From an uncultured Actinomycetota bacterium (lineage in GTDB: Bacteria; Actinomycetota; Actinomycetes; DATJPE01): DNA of 64,000 bases. The stretch spans positions 455,449 through 519,448 of the forward strand of contig CAVTPM010000015.1 of assembly GCA_963736655.1 (NCBI GenBank). Direction: 5' to 3'. The first letter of the stretch is position 1. Each line of letters starts with the position of its first letter. Below the pieces are notes generated by a model that was not told the DNA's origin, searched no databases, and saw only the letters and a program-made list of their open reading frames with translations. This document shows, one piece after another, positions 9,741-19,583 of the stretch. Position numbers and translations under genes: made by a program.

Positions 9741-11750
9741 TCAGGGCGCGAGGGTCCCCGACAGGTCGTCGGCGGCGGCGAGGAACTGGCTCTCGTAGAG
9801 GTCGGAGTAGACCCCGCCGCGAGCGAGCAGCTCGTCGTGCGTGCCCTGCTCGACGATCTGGCCACGGTCCATCACCAGGATCGTGTCGGCGTCGCGGATC
9901 GTCGAGAGCCGGTGGGCGATGACGAAGCTCGTCCGGCCGGCGCGCAGCTGGGCCAGCGCGTGCTGGATGAGCACCTCGGTGCGGGTGTCCACCGAGCTGG
10001 TGGCCTCGTCCAGGATCAGGATGGCCGGGTCGGCGAGGAAGGCCCGCGCGATGGTGAGCAGCTGCTTCTCACCTGCTGACAGGTTCGAGGCCTCGTCGTC
10101 GAGCACCGTGTCGTAGCCGTCGGGCAGCGTGTGCACGAAGTGCTCGACGTTGGCTGCCCGGGCCGCCTCATGGATCTCGTCCAGGCTGGCGCCCTCGGCG
10201 CCGTACGCGATGTTGTCGCGGATGGTGCCGCCGAACAGCCAGGTGTCCTGGAGCACCATGCCGAAGCTTCGCCGCAGGTCGTCGCGCGTCATCAGCCGGG
10301 TGTCGACCCCGTCGAGCTCGATCCGCCCTGAATCGACCTCGTAGAAGCGCATGAGCAGGTTGACCAGGGTGGTCTTGCCCGCGCCCGTCGGTCCGACGAT
10401 GGCGACGGTGTCGCCCGGCTCGACCCGGAGGCTGAGGTCGTGGATCAGCGGGACGTCGGGCTCGTAGCGGAAGGCGAGGTCGGTGAGGACGATGCGTCCG
10501 GACGGCTCCGGCACCAGGACCGGGCTGGCCGGGTCCGGCTCCTCCTCCTCGGCGTCGAGGAGCTCGAAGACGCGCTCGGCGCTGGCCACGCCGGACTGCA
10601 TGAGGTTGATGACGCTGGCGATCTGGGTGATCGGCATCGTGAACTGGCGCGAGTACTGGATGAACGCCTGGATGTCTCCCAGGGGGAGCGCCCCGGACGC
10701 CACCTGGAGGCCACCGACGACGCAGATGGCCACGTAGTTCAGGTTGCCGATGAAGGCCATGACCGGCTGGATGATCCCGGACACGAACTGGGCGCGGTAG
10801 CTGGACTGGTACATCTGCTCGTTGAGCTCGTCGAAGTCGGCCACGGCCTGAGTCCGGTGGCCGAAGACCTGCACCAGGTCGTGCCCGGTGTACATCTCTT
10901 CGACGTGACCGTTGAGCCGCCCGGTCCAGTCCCACTGCGCGACGAAGTGGGTGCGGGAACGGCGCGCGATGAGCACGGTGAGCGCGAAGGACAGCGGCAC
11001 GACGAGCAGCGAGATCACCGCGAGCAGCGGGGAGATCCAGAACATCATGAAGAGCACGCCCACCACGGTCAGGGTGGCGGTGACCAGCTGGGTGAGGACT
11101 TGTTGGAGGGTCGAGGAGATGTTGTCGATGTCGTTGGTGACCCGGCTGAGCAGGTCCCCACGCGGGTGGGTGTCGAAGTAGCGCAGCGGCAGGCGTCCGA
11201 GCTTGCGCTCGACGTCCTGGCGGAGGACGTACACCGTCCGCTGGGTGACCCCGGCCATGACGTAGCCCTGCCCCCAGAGGAACGCCGAGCTCAGCACGTA
11301 GACGGCCGCCGTGAGCATCAGCAGCTGCCCGAGGGCGGAGAAGTCGACGCCCTGCCCGGGGACGACGGTCATCCCGCTGATCAGGTCGGCCTGCGTGGTG
11401 TTGCCCGAGGCCCGCAGGGCGGCCTCCGCCTGGTCCTGGGTCACCCCGGCCGGCAGCTGCTTGCCGACGACGCCGGAGAAGATCAGCGTGGTCGCGTTGC
11501 CGAGCAGCCACGGCCCGATGACCGCCAGCGCCACGCTGACCACGGCCATCCCCAGCACCCCGACCAGGGCGATCTGCTCCGGCCGGAGCCGTCGGCCGAG
11601 CCGACGCACGGTGCCGCCGAAGTCCTTGGACTTCTCCGGCACCACCATGAGCCCGGCCATCGGCCCCCCGCCCCCGGGACCACCACGTGGCGCACCGGGG
11701 CCGCCCATGCCGCCGTGACCTGCGGGAGGTCCGGTCCGCGTCGTGCTCAT
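9741..11750 (-). CDS. ABC transporter, fused permease/ATP-binding subunit (type I exporter)
   Basis: ORF 9741..12260(-) trimmed to MSTTRTGPP (comp. ATG 11748-11750). It has six-TM exporter-type sequence, Walker A GPTGAGKTT, signature LSAGEKQ and Walker B ILILDEATS. The start overlaps the upstream ABC stop (ATGA). Confidence 0.9.
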   Translation of the reverse strand: MSTTRTGPPAGHGGMGGPGAPRGGPGGGGPMAGLMVVPEKSKDFGGTVRRLGRRLRPEQIALVGVLGMAVVSVALAVIGPWLLGNATTLIFSGVVGKQLPAGVTQDQAEAALRASGNTTQADLISGMTVVPGQGVDFSALGQLLMLTAAVYVLSSAFLWGQGYVMAGVTQRTVYVLRQDVERKLGRLPLRYFDTHPRGDLLSRVTNDIDNISSTLQQVLTQLVTATLTVVGVLFMMFWISPLLAVISLLVVPLSFALTVLIARRSRTHFVAQWDWTGRLNGHVEEMYTGHDLVQVFGHRTQAVADFDELNEQMYQSSYRAQFVSGIIQPVMAFIGNLNYVAICVVGGLQVASGALPLGDIQAFIQYSRQFTMPITQIASVINLMQSGVASAERVFELLDAEEEEPDPASPVLVPEPSGRIVLTDLAFRYEPDVPLIHDLSLRVEPGDTVAIVGPTGAGKTTLVNLLMRFYEVDSGRIELDGVDTRLMTRDDLRRSFGMVLQDTWLFGGTIRDNIAYGAEGASLDEIHEAARAANVEHFVHTLPDGYDTVLDDEASNLSAGEKQLLTIARAFLADPAILILDEATSSVDTRTEVLIQHALAQLRAGRTSFVIAHRLSTIRDADTILVMDRGQIVEQGTHDELLARGGVYSDLYESQFLAAADDLSGTLAP

Positions 11751-13477
11751 GCGGCCTCCTCCTCGGAGATCTGCGACAGCACGATCTCGCGGTAGGTCGA
11801 GCAGGTCTCCATGAGCTCGGCGTGACGCCCGAGTCCCACGAGCCGGCCGCCGTCGAGCACCACGATGCGGTCGGCGTGCATGATCGTGCTGACCCGCTGG
11901 GCGACGATGAGCACCGTCGCGTCGGCGGTCTGCCGCCCGAGGGCAGCGCGCAGCCGGGCGTCGGTGGCGAAGTCCAGCGCGGAGAAGCTGTCGTCGAAGA
12001 GGTAGACCGACGGCCGACGGACGAGGGCGCGCGCGATGGCCAACCGCTGCCGCTGCCCCCCGGAGACGTTCGCCCCGCCCTGGTCGATCGGGGCATCCAG
12101 CCCGTCGGCCAGCTCCCGCACGAAGTCGGCGGCCTGGGCGACCTCGAGCGCCTGCCACAGCTCCTCGTCGGTGGCATCGGGGCGACCGAAGCGCAGGTTG
12201 GTGGCGATGGTCCCGTTGAAGAGGAAGGACTTCTGCGGAACGAGCCCGATCAGCGACCACAGGTCGTCCCGCGCGAGCTCACGAACGTCGGTCCCGTCCA
12301 CCAGGACCGAGCCTGACGTCACGTCGAACAGCCGTGGGATGAGGCTGGCCAAGGTGGTCTTGCCCGACCCGGTCGAGCCGACGATGGCGGTGGTCTCCCC
12401 TGGGGAGAGGGTGAACGAGATGCCCTGGAGGACCGGCTCGGCCGCACCCGGGTACCGGAACTCCACGTCGCGCAGCTCGACGGTCCGTACGTCGGCTCGT
12501 CGCGCCGCGGGCACCTCAGGGTCGGTGAGTGCCGGCGTGACGTCGAGGACGGCCGAGATGCGCTCGGCCGACGCCGCGGCCCTCGGCACCATGACGAAGA
12601 TCATCGTGGCCATGAGGACCGACATGAGGATCTGGATCAGGTAGCTGAGGAAAGCCGTGAGGTTGCCGATGGGCATCGCGCCCGAGTCGACCCGCAGTCC
12701 CCCGAACCAGATCACCGCGACGCCCGAGAGGTTCATGATCAGCATCAGCGCCGGCATCATGAGGGCGAAGAGGCGGTTGACGGTGAGCGTGGTCGAGGTG
12801 AGGTCGACGTTGGCCTCGGTGAACCGCCGCTCCTCGACCTCGGTCTTGACGAAGGCCCGGATGACGCGGATGCCTGACAGCTGCTCGCGCAGCACCTGGT
12901 TGACCCGGTCGATCTTGACCTGCATGACCCGGAACAGCGGCAGTGCACGCGACATGATCAGGCCGATGACCACGGCCATGATCGGCACGACCACGACGAT
13001 GAGCCAGGACAGCACGACGTCCTGCCGTAGAGCCATGACGATGCCGCCGACGACCGTGATCGGCGCCGTCAGCATCACGGTCAGACCCATGAGCACGAGC
13101 ATCTGCATCTGCTGGACGTCGTTGGTGTTGCGGGTGATGAGCGTCGGTGCGCCGAAGGAGTTCATCTCGCGGCGGGAGAAGGTCTCCACCGTCGAGAACA
13201 GCGATCCCCGCAGGTCGCGGCCGAACCCCATCGCGGTCCGCGCGCTGTAGTAGGTGGCGATGATCGACGCCACCGCGACCACGAAGGAGACCGCGAGCAT
13301 CAAGGCGCCGACCCGCAGGATGTACGCCGTGTCCCCCTGGGCCACGCCGATGTTGATGATGTCCGCGTAGAGCGCCGGCAGATAGAGGTTGCCGATCGCG
13401 GCCAGGAAGAGCAGCGCGGCGACGACGACGAGCGGTCGGCCGTAGGGACGCAGGTACTCCCGCAGCAGCGCGACCAT
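11747..13477 (-). CDS. ABC transporter, fused permease/ATP-binding subunit (partner of 9741..11750)
   Basis: ORF 11747..14005(-) trimmed to MVALLREYLRPYGRP (comp. ATG 13475-13477). Walker A GSTGSGKTT, signature VSGGQRQR, Walker B VYLFDDSFSALD. Confidence 0.9.
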   Translation of the reverse strand: MVALLREYLRPYGRPLVVVAALLFLAAIGNLYLPALYADIINIGVAQGDTAYILRVGALMLAVSFVVAVASIIATYYSARTAMGFGRDLRGSLFSTVETFSRREMNSFGAPTLITRNTNDVQQMQMLVLMGLTVMLTAPITVVGGIVMALRQDVVLSWLIVVVVPIMAVVIGLIMSRALPLFRVMQVKIDRVNQVLREQLSGIRVIRAFVKTEVEERRFTEANVDLTSTTLTVNRLFALMMPALMLIMNLSGVAVIWFGGLRVDSGAMPIGNLTAFLSYLIQILMSVLMATMIFVMVPRAAASAERISAVLDVTPALTDPEVPAARRADVRTVELRDVEFRYPGAAEPVLQGISFTLSPGETTAIVGSTGSGKTTLASLIPRLFDVTSGSVLVDGTDVRELARDDLWSLIGLVPQKSFLFNGTIATNLRFGRPDATDEELWQALEVAQAADFVRELADGLDAPIDQGGANVSGGQRQRLAIARALVRRPSVYLFDDSFSALDFATDARLRAALGRQTADATVLIVAQRVSTIMHADRIVVLDGGRLVGLGRHAELMETCSTYREIVLSQISEEEAA

Positions 13478-13663
13478 GCACGTCCCGTCCTCGACGTGAG
13501 CGGACCTGACGACCCGGCTCGACGTCAGCCTAAAGCGCTGCCGACGCGGTCGGGCATTCCCCGGCGCCGCGGTCCCGTCGGCGGCAGGACCAAGGCCCCT
13601 AGGCAGGCCGGTGGGGCCGGTCGACCCTGGAGGTGGGAGTTCACCCCTCCCGGAGAGTGACTG

Positions 13664-13888
13664 ATGACGCTGACCCTCCGCTCGACGGACCGCTGTGACG
13701 CCTGCGGGTCGCAGGCGTTCGTCCGCGCGACCCGCGACGGTCACGAGCTGCTCTTCTGCGGTCACCACGGCATGCACTACCGGACCAGGCTCGAGACCCA
13801 GGGCTGGCGGCTGACCGCTGACGTCGAGCACATCTACCTGCCTCCGCCGGCCGAGGCCAGCGTGGAGCCCTGCTCGTCCGAGGCCTGA
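13664..13888 (+). CDS. Small conserved-looking protein with a CxxC...CGHH zinc-ribbon-like motif
   Basis: ORF 13664..13888, MTLTLRSTDRCDACGSQAFVRATRDGHELLFCGHHGMHY... RBS-like ggagag lies ~10 nt upstream. The family is not named with confidence. Confidence 0.55.
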   Translation: MTLTLRSTDRCDACGSQAFVRATRDGHELLFCGHHGMHYRTRLETQGWRLTADVEHIYLPPPAEASVEPCSSEA

Positions 13889-13941
13889 ACGGCGCCAGCG
13901 CCCCTCAGGGCGCCAGGCCGCCTGGCCACTAGGCTGTGAGC

Positions 13942-14362
13942 ATGCGCAGCCTGTACCGGTACCTGGCCATGGCCGTGGCCACGGGGGTCGTCCTCCAGAC
14001 AGCAACCATCGCGTGGGCGTACTTCGTCCTCAGCAGCGACGTCGACGCAGGAACGGTGATCGACCAGAACTACGAGGAGGGCTCCGGGGTGGCCCTGCAC
14101 TCGGTGCTGGGCTGGATGGTCATCCCCGCCCTCGCCGCTCGCACTGCTCGTCGTCGGCATCATCCTGCGCCAGCTCCCCGGGGCCCTGCTCTGGGCCGGG
14201 ATCGTCTTCGGGCTCGTCCTCCTCCAGGGCGGCCTCGCCGAGGCATCCTTCGAGGCCCCGGTGCTCGGTCTGCTGCACGGCACCAACGCGGTGCTCATCC
14301 TGCTCGCGTCGCTCAAGGCGATCTACGTCGTGCCGAAGGCAGCGGTGCCCGCTGACGCCTGA
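13942..14362 (+). pseudogene. Small integral membrane protein, one frameshift (~14135)
   Basis: MRSLYRYLAMAVATGVVLQTATIAWAYFVL...SVLGWMVIPALA is in ORF 13936..14355. An unlisted frame continues PLALLVVGIILRQLPGALLWAGIVFGLVLLQGGLAEASFEAPVLGLLHGTNAVLILLASLKAIYVVPKAAVPADA to a stop at 14360-14362. Confidence 0.5.
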
Positions 14363-14405
14363 TGCGGTCTGAGGTCTGATGCCCGAGGTCTGAGGTCTGC
14401 GGCCC

Positions 14406-14888
14406 TCAGCTTTGAGCGGCCAGCAGGGCGTCGAGTCGGTGGTAGCTGATGGACGTGCCCGACTTCATGCCCGTGGCCAGAGCGGCGTCGCGCGCCTCCT
14501 CGGAGACGTACCGGATCGTGTACGTCATCGCGGTTCCACCGTTGGTCTCCACGAGCTCCAAGGTGTTGACCGTCTCCGGCCACTCCCCACCCCAGTGCTC
14601 GGTGGTGACCAGGAGCGCGGGCGGAGCGACCTCGACGTAGCTGCCGTTCATCTCCAGGTCGGTGCCGTCGTCCTTGCGCCAGACGAAGTGCCAGGTGCCC
14701 CCTGGGCGGAGGTCGATCTCGCAGATCGGCATCGACCAGCCGGCCGGTCCGGTGAGCCAGTGCGGCACGTACGCCGGGTCCGTGTGGGCCGCGAACACCA
14801 GGGATCGAGGGGCGTCGAAGCGGCGCCGGACGACCACCTCGGTCGGGGTCGGGGTGGTGTAGGTGGTCTTGTGGTTCTCGGTGGTCAC
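14406..14888 (-). CDS. SRPBCC-superfamily protein (Aha1/AHSA1-like)
   Basis: 160-aa ORF: VVRRRFDAPRSLVFAAHTDPAYVPHWLTGPAGWSMPICEIDLRPGGTWHFVWR... It is a tandem paralogue of the next gene. Confidence 0.85.
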   Translation of the reverse strand: MTTENHKTTYTTPTPTEVVVRRRFDAPRSLVFAAHTDPAYVPHWLTGPAGWSMPICEIDLRPGGTWHFVWRKDDGTDLEMNGSYVEVAPPALLVTTEHWGGEWPETVNTLELVETNGGTAMTYTIRYVSEEARDAALATGMKSGTSISYHRLDALLAAQS

Positions 14889-14912
14889 GTCTGTCCTCGG
14901 GAGCTTGTCGGG

Positions 14913-15395
14913 TCAGTCGAGCGCGTCGAGGTAGGCCTGGAGCCGCGTGTAGCTGGTCTCCATGCCGCCGGTCATCCCCGTGGCCAAGGCCCGGTCGCGG
15001 ACCTCCTCGGAGGGGTACCGCATGGTCAGGGTCATCGTCGTCCGCCCGTCGTCCTCGGTGAGCAGCAGGGTGTTGACCGCTCCCGGTGGCTCATCGAACA
15101 CCTCGGTGTTGACGATGCGCTCCGGGGCGTCCACCTCGCGGTAGACCCCGTGCATGCCGAACTCCCGCCCCTCGGTGTCGTGGCGCCACACGTAGCGCCA
15201 GGCACCACCCGGGCGCAGGTCGATCTCGCAGACCGGCATCGACCAGCCGTCCGGCCCGAGCAGCCACCGGCGCACGTGCTCGGGTTCGGTGTGCGCCGCG
15301 AAGACGAGGGCACGAGGGGCGTCGAACACCCGGACGGCCACGATCTCGTGCGGGCTCGGCGTGGTGAAGGCGGTGGTGTACGCGCTGGTCGTCAT
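14913..15395 (-). CDS. SRPBCC-superfamily protein (Aha1/AHSA1-like)
   Basis: 160-aa ORF: VAVRVFDAPRALVFAAHTEPEHVRRWLLGPDGWSMPVCEIDLRPGGAWRYVWR... Its start overlaps the ArsR stop (ATGA). Confidence 0.85.
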   Translation of the reverse strand: MTTSAYTTAFTTPSPHEIVAVRVFDAPRALVFAAHTEPEHVRRWLLGPDGWSMPVCEIDLRPGGAWRYVWRHDTEGREFGMHGVYREVDAPERIVNTEVFDEPPGAVNTLLLTEDDGRTTMTLTMRYPSEEVRDRALATGMTGGMETSYTRLQAYLDALD

Positions 15396-15764
15396 CGGGT
15401 GTCTCCTGACTGGTCGTCGGCTGGCTGGTCGCCTGCTTGAAGGTCACGCAGATAGAGGTCGAGACGGTCGTGGCTGGCCTCCCAGAACGTGCGGAAGCCG
15501 GAGGCGTACTCCGCCACCTCGCGCAGCGGGGACGCCTCCAGGCTGCGCGGTCGCCACTGGGCCTCACGTCCCTGCGATGACCAGGCCCGCGCGCTCGAGC
15601 ACCCGCAGGTGCTTGGAGACCGCGGGACCGCTGATGGCGAAGGGGGCGCCGAGCTCGCCGACCGTGGCCGGGCCGTGGGTGAGTCGGTCGAGGATCGCCC
15701 GCCGCGTCGGGTCGGCGAGCGCTGCGAAGGTCACGCTCAGCTGGTCTGGCGCCATCGCCCTCAT
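15392..15764 (-). pseudogene. ArsR/SmtB-family HTH transcriptional regulator, one frameshift (~15565)
   Basis: ORF 15564..15767(-) gives FAALADPTRRAILDRLTHGPATVGELGAPFAISGPAVSKHLRVLERAGLVIAG and then a stop. A shifted frame continues REAQWRPRSLEASPLREVAEYASGFRTFWEASHDRLDLYLRDL... to the TGA at 15392-15394. Confidence 0.8.
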
Positions 15765-15773
15765 CAAACCTCT

Positions 15774-15802
15774 CGGTTATCTAACGTATTCGGTTATCTA
15801 AC
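15774..15802. promoter_or_regulatory. Two 12-bp direct copies of CGGTTATCTAAC (each a GTTA-TC-TAAC quasi-palindrome); candidate ArsR operator
   Basis: Read directly: cggttatctaac gtatt cggttatctaac. The site is AT-rich in a ~70% GC background and lies 10-38 nt upstream of the ArsR start codon. Confidence 0.4.
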
Positions 15803-15880
15803 CGGTCAGCTCGACCACGCCGTACGGTCTCGGAACGCCCGGCCCGTGATCCTCGGAGGCGCCGATCCGACGGAGGACAC

Positions 15881-16309
15881 CATGACTCGACCGGAGCCAG
15901 TCGCCTCAAGGCGTCCGCGTGGCTGCGCGGCGCGACGGCCTTCAGCAGCTACGTCGCCGTGCGGGACGACGTCCCCGGTGAGCCTTTCGGCATCAGCGCC
16001 CCGTTCTCTGTGCCGACCGGCCTGGCTATCGGCTGGGGGGCCGGGATCGCCGCCCCTTGGTACATGCCCGCGGCCACCCTGCTCGCGGCACATGGTGCGG
16101 GTGCCGGCCGGCCCGGACCGGCAGCGGTCGCCTCGGCCATCGGGTTCGCCAGCATCGCCGGGCACCTCATCGAGCCTGTCACCCGACGGCCGAGGTCCTG
16201 GACCCCGTCGACAGGTGTCGCGATCGCGCTCGCAGTCACGTCGGCGTCGTGCCTCGCCGCCACCGGCTGCGCGCGCTACCGAGCCAACCGGGCTGCCCGC
16301 CAGACCTGA
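15881..16309 (+). CDS. Hypothetical small membrane protein; the N-terminus is uncertain and may be frameshifted
   Basis: ORF 15959..16309 (GTG start) has hydrophobic stretches (LAIGWGAGIAAPWYMPAATLLAA, AAVASAIGFASIAG, GVAIALAVTSASCLAA). The same frame is open upstream (LKASAWLRGATAFSSYVAV). An ATG at 15881 (MTRPEPVA) is in another frame. Confidence 0.3.
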   Translation, partial: HDSTGASRLKASAWLRGATAFSSYVAVRDDVPGEPFGISAPFSVPTGLAIGWGAGIAAPWYMPAATLLAAHGAGAGRPGPAAVASAIGFASIAGHLIEPVTRRPRSWTPSTGVAIALAVTSASCLAATGCARYRANRAARQT

Positions 16310-16349
16310 CGGTTGCTGCCCCTGTGGTGGCGGGGACGACCGGCCAGGC

Positions 16350-17108
16350 ATGCTTGCGCCCATGACCGACCAGGCCGCTCCCTCCTACGACGAGGCCCTC
16401 GCCGAGGGCCGGGCCCTCTATCCCGGCGTCCGGATCGGCAAGCCGGGCCGCGCCCGCACGTACTGGCCGACCATCGCCGCCATGCGCGCGCTGCGCCTGC
16501 GCTGGCGCGTCGACGTCGAGGGAGCAGAGCGGGTGGCGCCGGGCGCCGCCATCCTCATCGGCAACCACCTCTCGGCACTCGACCCGGTGGTCGTCGTCAT
16601 GAGCACCTGGTGGCGGGTCACCGCGTTCACCAAGGTCGAGGTGTTCGAGAAGCGCGGAGCGGTCTTCTTCCGGCTGATGGGCCAGATCCCGTTGCGGCGC
16701 GGGGATGAGTCCGCGACCACGTGGGCCATGGACATGGCCCACCGCACCCTCGCCGAGGGCGGCAAGATCGGGCTCTACCCCGAGGGCACCCGCTCCCCCG
16801 ACCCGACCAAGCTCCACCGCCTGCACAAGCGGATCCTCATCCCGGTGCTGCAGGCCAACCCGGACGTGCCCGTCCACGTCGCGGCGACGTCGTACGTCTC
16901 GCGCTCCCGGCACCGGACCCACGTCACGGTCCGGATCTCCGAGCGCTTGACGATCGACGCGCGCAGCATGTCCGCCGACCAGCTCACGGACGCCATCCGC
17001 GACGCACTGCTGGAGCTCGGTGGGCAGACCTACGTCGACCGCTACGCCCGCGACGTCAAGGCGGAGCTGCGCGCCAACAACGCCGTCGACGTCGACGTCG
17101 ACGAATAG
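16350..17108 (+). CDS. Lysophospholipid (1-acyl-sn-glycerol-3-phosphate) acyltransferase family protein
   Basis: Tail of ORF 15489..17108. It carries the H(x)4D motif in ILIGNHLSALDPVVV and the YPEGTRS motif. Start is the ATG at 16350, or alternatively 16362. Confidence 0.85.
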   Translation: MLAPMTDQAAPSYDEALAEGRALYPGVRIGKPGRARTYWPTIAAMRALRLRWRVDVEGAERVAPGAAILIGNHLSALDPVVVVMSTWWRVTAFTKVEVFEKRGAVFFRLMGQIPLRRGDESATTWAMDMAHRTLAEGGKIGLYPEGTRSPDPTKLHRLHKRILIPVLQANPDVPVHVAATSYVSRSRHRTHVTVRISERLTIDARSMSADQLTDAIRDALLELGGQTYVDRYARDVKAELRANNAVDVDVDE

Positions 17109-17161
17109 CCTGCGCGCGCCACGGCAGGTTGGCGGAGCGGCCGACGATCAGGAGAGGGCGA

Positions 17162-19556
17162 GTGCCACAGACCGAAGCCCCCCCGCCGATCGCGTTCCCC
17201 GGCCTGACATCGAGCGAGGTCGCCGAGCGGACCGCCGACGGACGCACCAACCACACCGACGACCGATCCAGCCGCACGGTCGGCGACATCGTCCGGTCCA
17301 ACGTCTTGACCCGGTTCAACGCGATGGTGGCCGTGCTCGCCGGGACCGTGCTCCTGCTCGGGGACTGGCGGGACGCGCTGTTCGCGCTCGTGGCCGTCGC
17401 AAACGCAGCCATCGGCATCGTGCAGGAGTGGCGTGCCAAGGCCACGCTCGACCGGCTGTCACTGGTCAGCGCCCCGAAGGTCGTGGTCTGGCGCAACGGA
17501 GCACCATCGGAGATCTCGCGGGAGGACGTCGTCCTCGACGACGTCTTCGAGCTGGCCCCCGGGGACCAGGTCGTGGTCGACGGGACGGTGCTCCGCTCCG
17601 ACGGACTGACCGTGGACGAGTCGCTCCTCACGGGCGAGTCCGAGGCGGTGCACAAGCCGGTCGATGTCGGCGTCCTGTCCGGCAGCTTCGTCACCGCGGG
17701 CGGCGGTGTGGTTCGGGCCACAGCCGTGGGCGACGACTCCTACGCCCAGCGCCTGACCCGGCAGGCCAAGCAGTTCCGGCCCCGCAAGTCCGAGCTCGCC
17801 CGGGGCATCGACCAGATCCTCCGCGTCGTCACGTGGGCCATCGTCCCGACCGCGGTCATCCTCTTCGTCGGGCAGCTGCTCAGCACCGACAGCACGATCC
17901 GCGAGGACGTGATCGGATCCGTGGCCGGGGTGGTGGCCCTCGTCCCGCAGGGCCTGGTCCTGCTCCTGAGCATGGCCCAAGCCGTGGCCGTCATCCGCCT
18001 CGGCCGCAAGAACGTCCTGGTCCAGCAGCTGCAGGCGGTCGAGACCCTCGCCCGGGTCACGGTCCTGGCGACCGACAAGACCGGGACCCTCACCACGGGC
18101 GAGGTGACCCTGGCCGAGGTGGAGCTGCTCGACGGGGAGGGCCTCGAGCGCACCCTGGCCACCGACGCCCTCGCCGCCCTGGCCGCCGCGGACACCCACC
18201 CGAACGCGACCATGATCGCGGTCGCCGCAGCCGTCGCACGGCCCACCGGGCTGGACAGCGCGGGGCGCCATCCCCTTCGACTCCTCCCGCAAGTACAGCG
18301 CCGTCGACTTCGGTGCGGAGGGCACGTGGTTCGTCGGGGCACCGGAGCTGCTGCTCCCCGAGGACCACCCCAGCAGGGCTCGGGTCAGCGGACTGGCGAG
18401 CGAAGGCCTCCGGGTCCTTCTCCTTGCGCGCGGCGGGTCGCTGCCACCCGCCGGGGCCCTGCCGGACGACCTCGCGCCGGCCGCGCTCGTCACCTTCTCC
18501 GACGACGTGCGCAGCGACGCTGCCGAGACGATCGGCTACTTCCTGCGCGAGAACGTCGTCCCCAAGGTGATCTCGGGCGACAACCCGGCCACGGTGTCCG
18601 CGATCGCCCGACGCTGCCAGGTCCCCCACGCCGATCGAGCTGTCGACGCTCGCGAGCTCCCCACCGACCCTGACGAGCTCGCCTCGGCGGCGGCGGACAA
18701 CGCCGTGTTCGGCCGGGTCACACCGGAGACCAAACGGAGCCTGCTGCACGCGCTCCAAGCCCAGGGCGAGGTCGTCGCCATGACCGGGGACGGTGTCAAC
18801 GACACGTTGGCGCTGAAGGACGCCGACCTCGGGATCGCCATGGGTTCCGGGACACCCGCCGCGAAGTCGGTGTCGGATCTGGTCCTGCTGGACGACCGGT
18901 TCTCGACGCTGCCCAGCGTGGTGGCCGAGGGCCGCCGGGTGATCGCCAACATCGAACGCGTGGCCCGGCTCTTCGTCACCAAGAACTTCTGGGCGGCCGT
19001 GCTCGCCGTGCTCACCGGGCTGTTCACGATCAGCTATCCGATCCTGCCACGGCAGCTCTCGGTCATCGACGCGCTCACGATCGGGATCCCCGGCTTCGTC
19101 CTGTCCTTCCAGGCCAACCACGACCCCGTACGTCCTGGGTTCATCCCCCGCGTCCTGCGGTTCTCGATCCCCGCGGGCGTGGTCGTCGGCAGCTGCGCGA
19201 TGACGGTCTTCGCCCTGGGTGGCGCGGCCATGATCAGCGCCTCTCAGGAGTCCGCGCAGAGCGCCACCACGCTGACGCTGTGCGTGCTCGGCCTCTGGGT
19301 GCTCTTCGAGCTGGCCAGGCCCCTCGACCGCGTGCGCCGCGCGCTGGTCGCCAGCATGGTCGCGTTGGGGGTCGGAGCCTTCACCATCCCGGCGGTCGCC
19401 GACTTCTTCGTGCTCGAGATCCCCGCACCGGACTACGCGGTGGCGATCACCGCCGTGTCTGCCGTCGGCGCCGTACTCATCAGCGTGGCCCTTCGACTGG
19501 TGACCCGATATCTCGGTGAGGAGGACCCGCCGCGCGCGAGCCGACCACTGTCCTGA
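17162..19556 (+). pseudogene. Cation-translocating P-type ATPase (HAD-IC), one frameshift (~18245)
   Basis: GTG at 17162 after ggagag. TGES, the phosphorylation site DKTGTLT and surrounding sequence are in ORF 16721..18673. After ...AAVARP the sequence continues GWTARGAIPFDSSRKYSAV...TGDGVNDTLALKDADLGIAMG... in the frame of ORF 18507..19556. The lesion is at CACCGGGCTGG (one G too many). Confidence 0.85.
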
Positions 19557-19583
19557 GCCTGAGCCATCCCCGATGCTGGAGAC

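Noticed and set aside
10168-12177. A 669-aa alternative-frame ORF inside the ABC transporter genes. Similar long ORFs occur at 47148..48956(+), 30865..32061(-), 7166..7987(-), 34806..36026(+) and 39739..40680(-).
   Set aside because: All overlap genes that have strong family motifs in another frame or on the other strand. Their translations are Arg/Pro/Gly low-complexity. They are a GC3-driven absence of stop codons rather than coding sequence.
14365-14400. Heptamer repeats (ggtctga x4, one interrupted) in the gap between convergent genes.
   Set aside because: The tract is very short and imperfect. It lies between two stop codons and contains a weak hairpin (ctgagg...cctcag). It is most simply a degenerate terminator region and I cannot support any further function.
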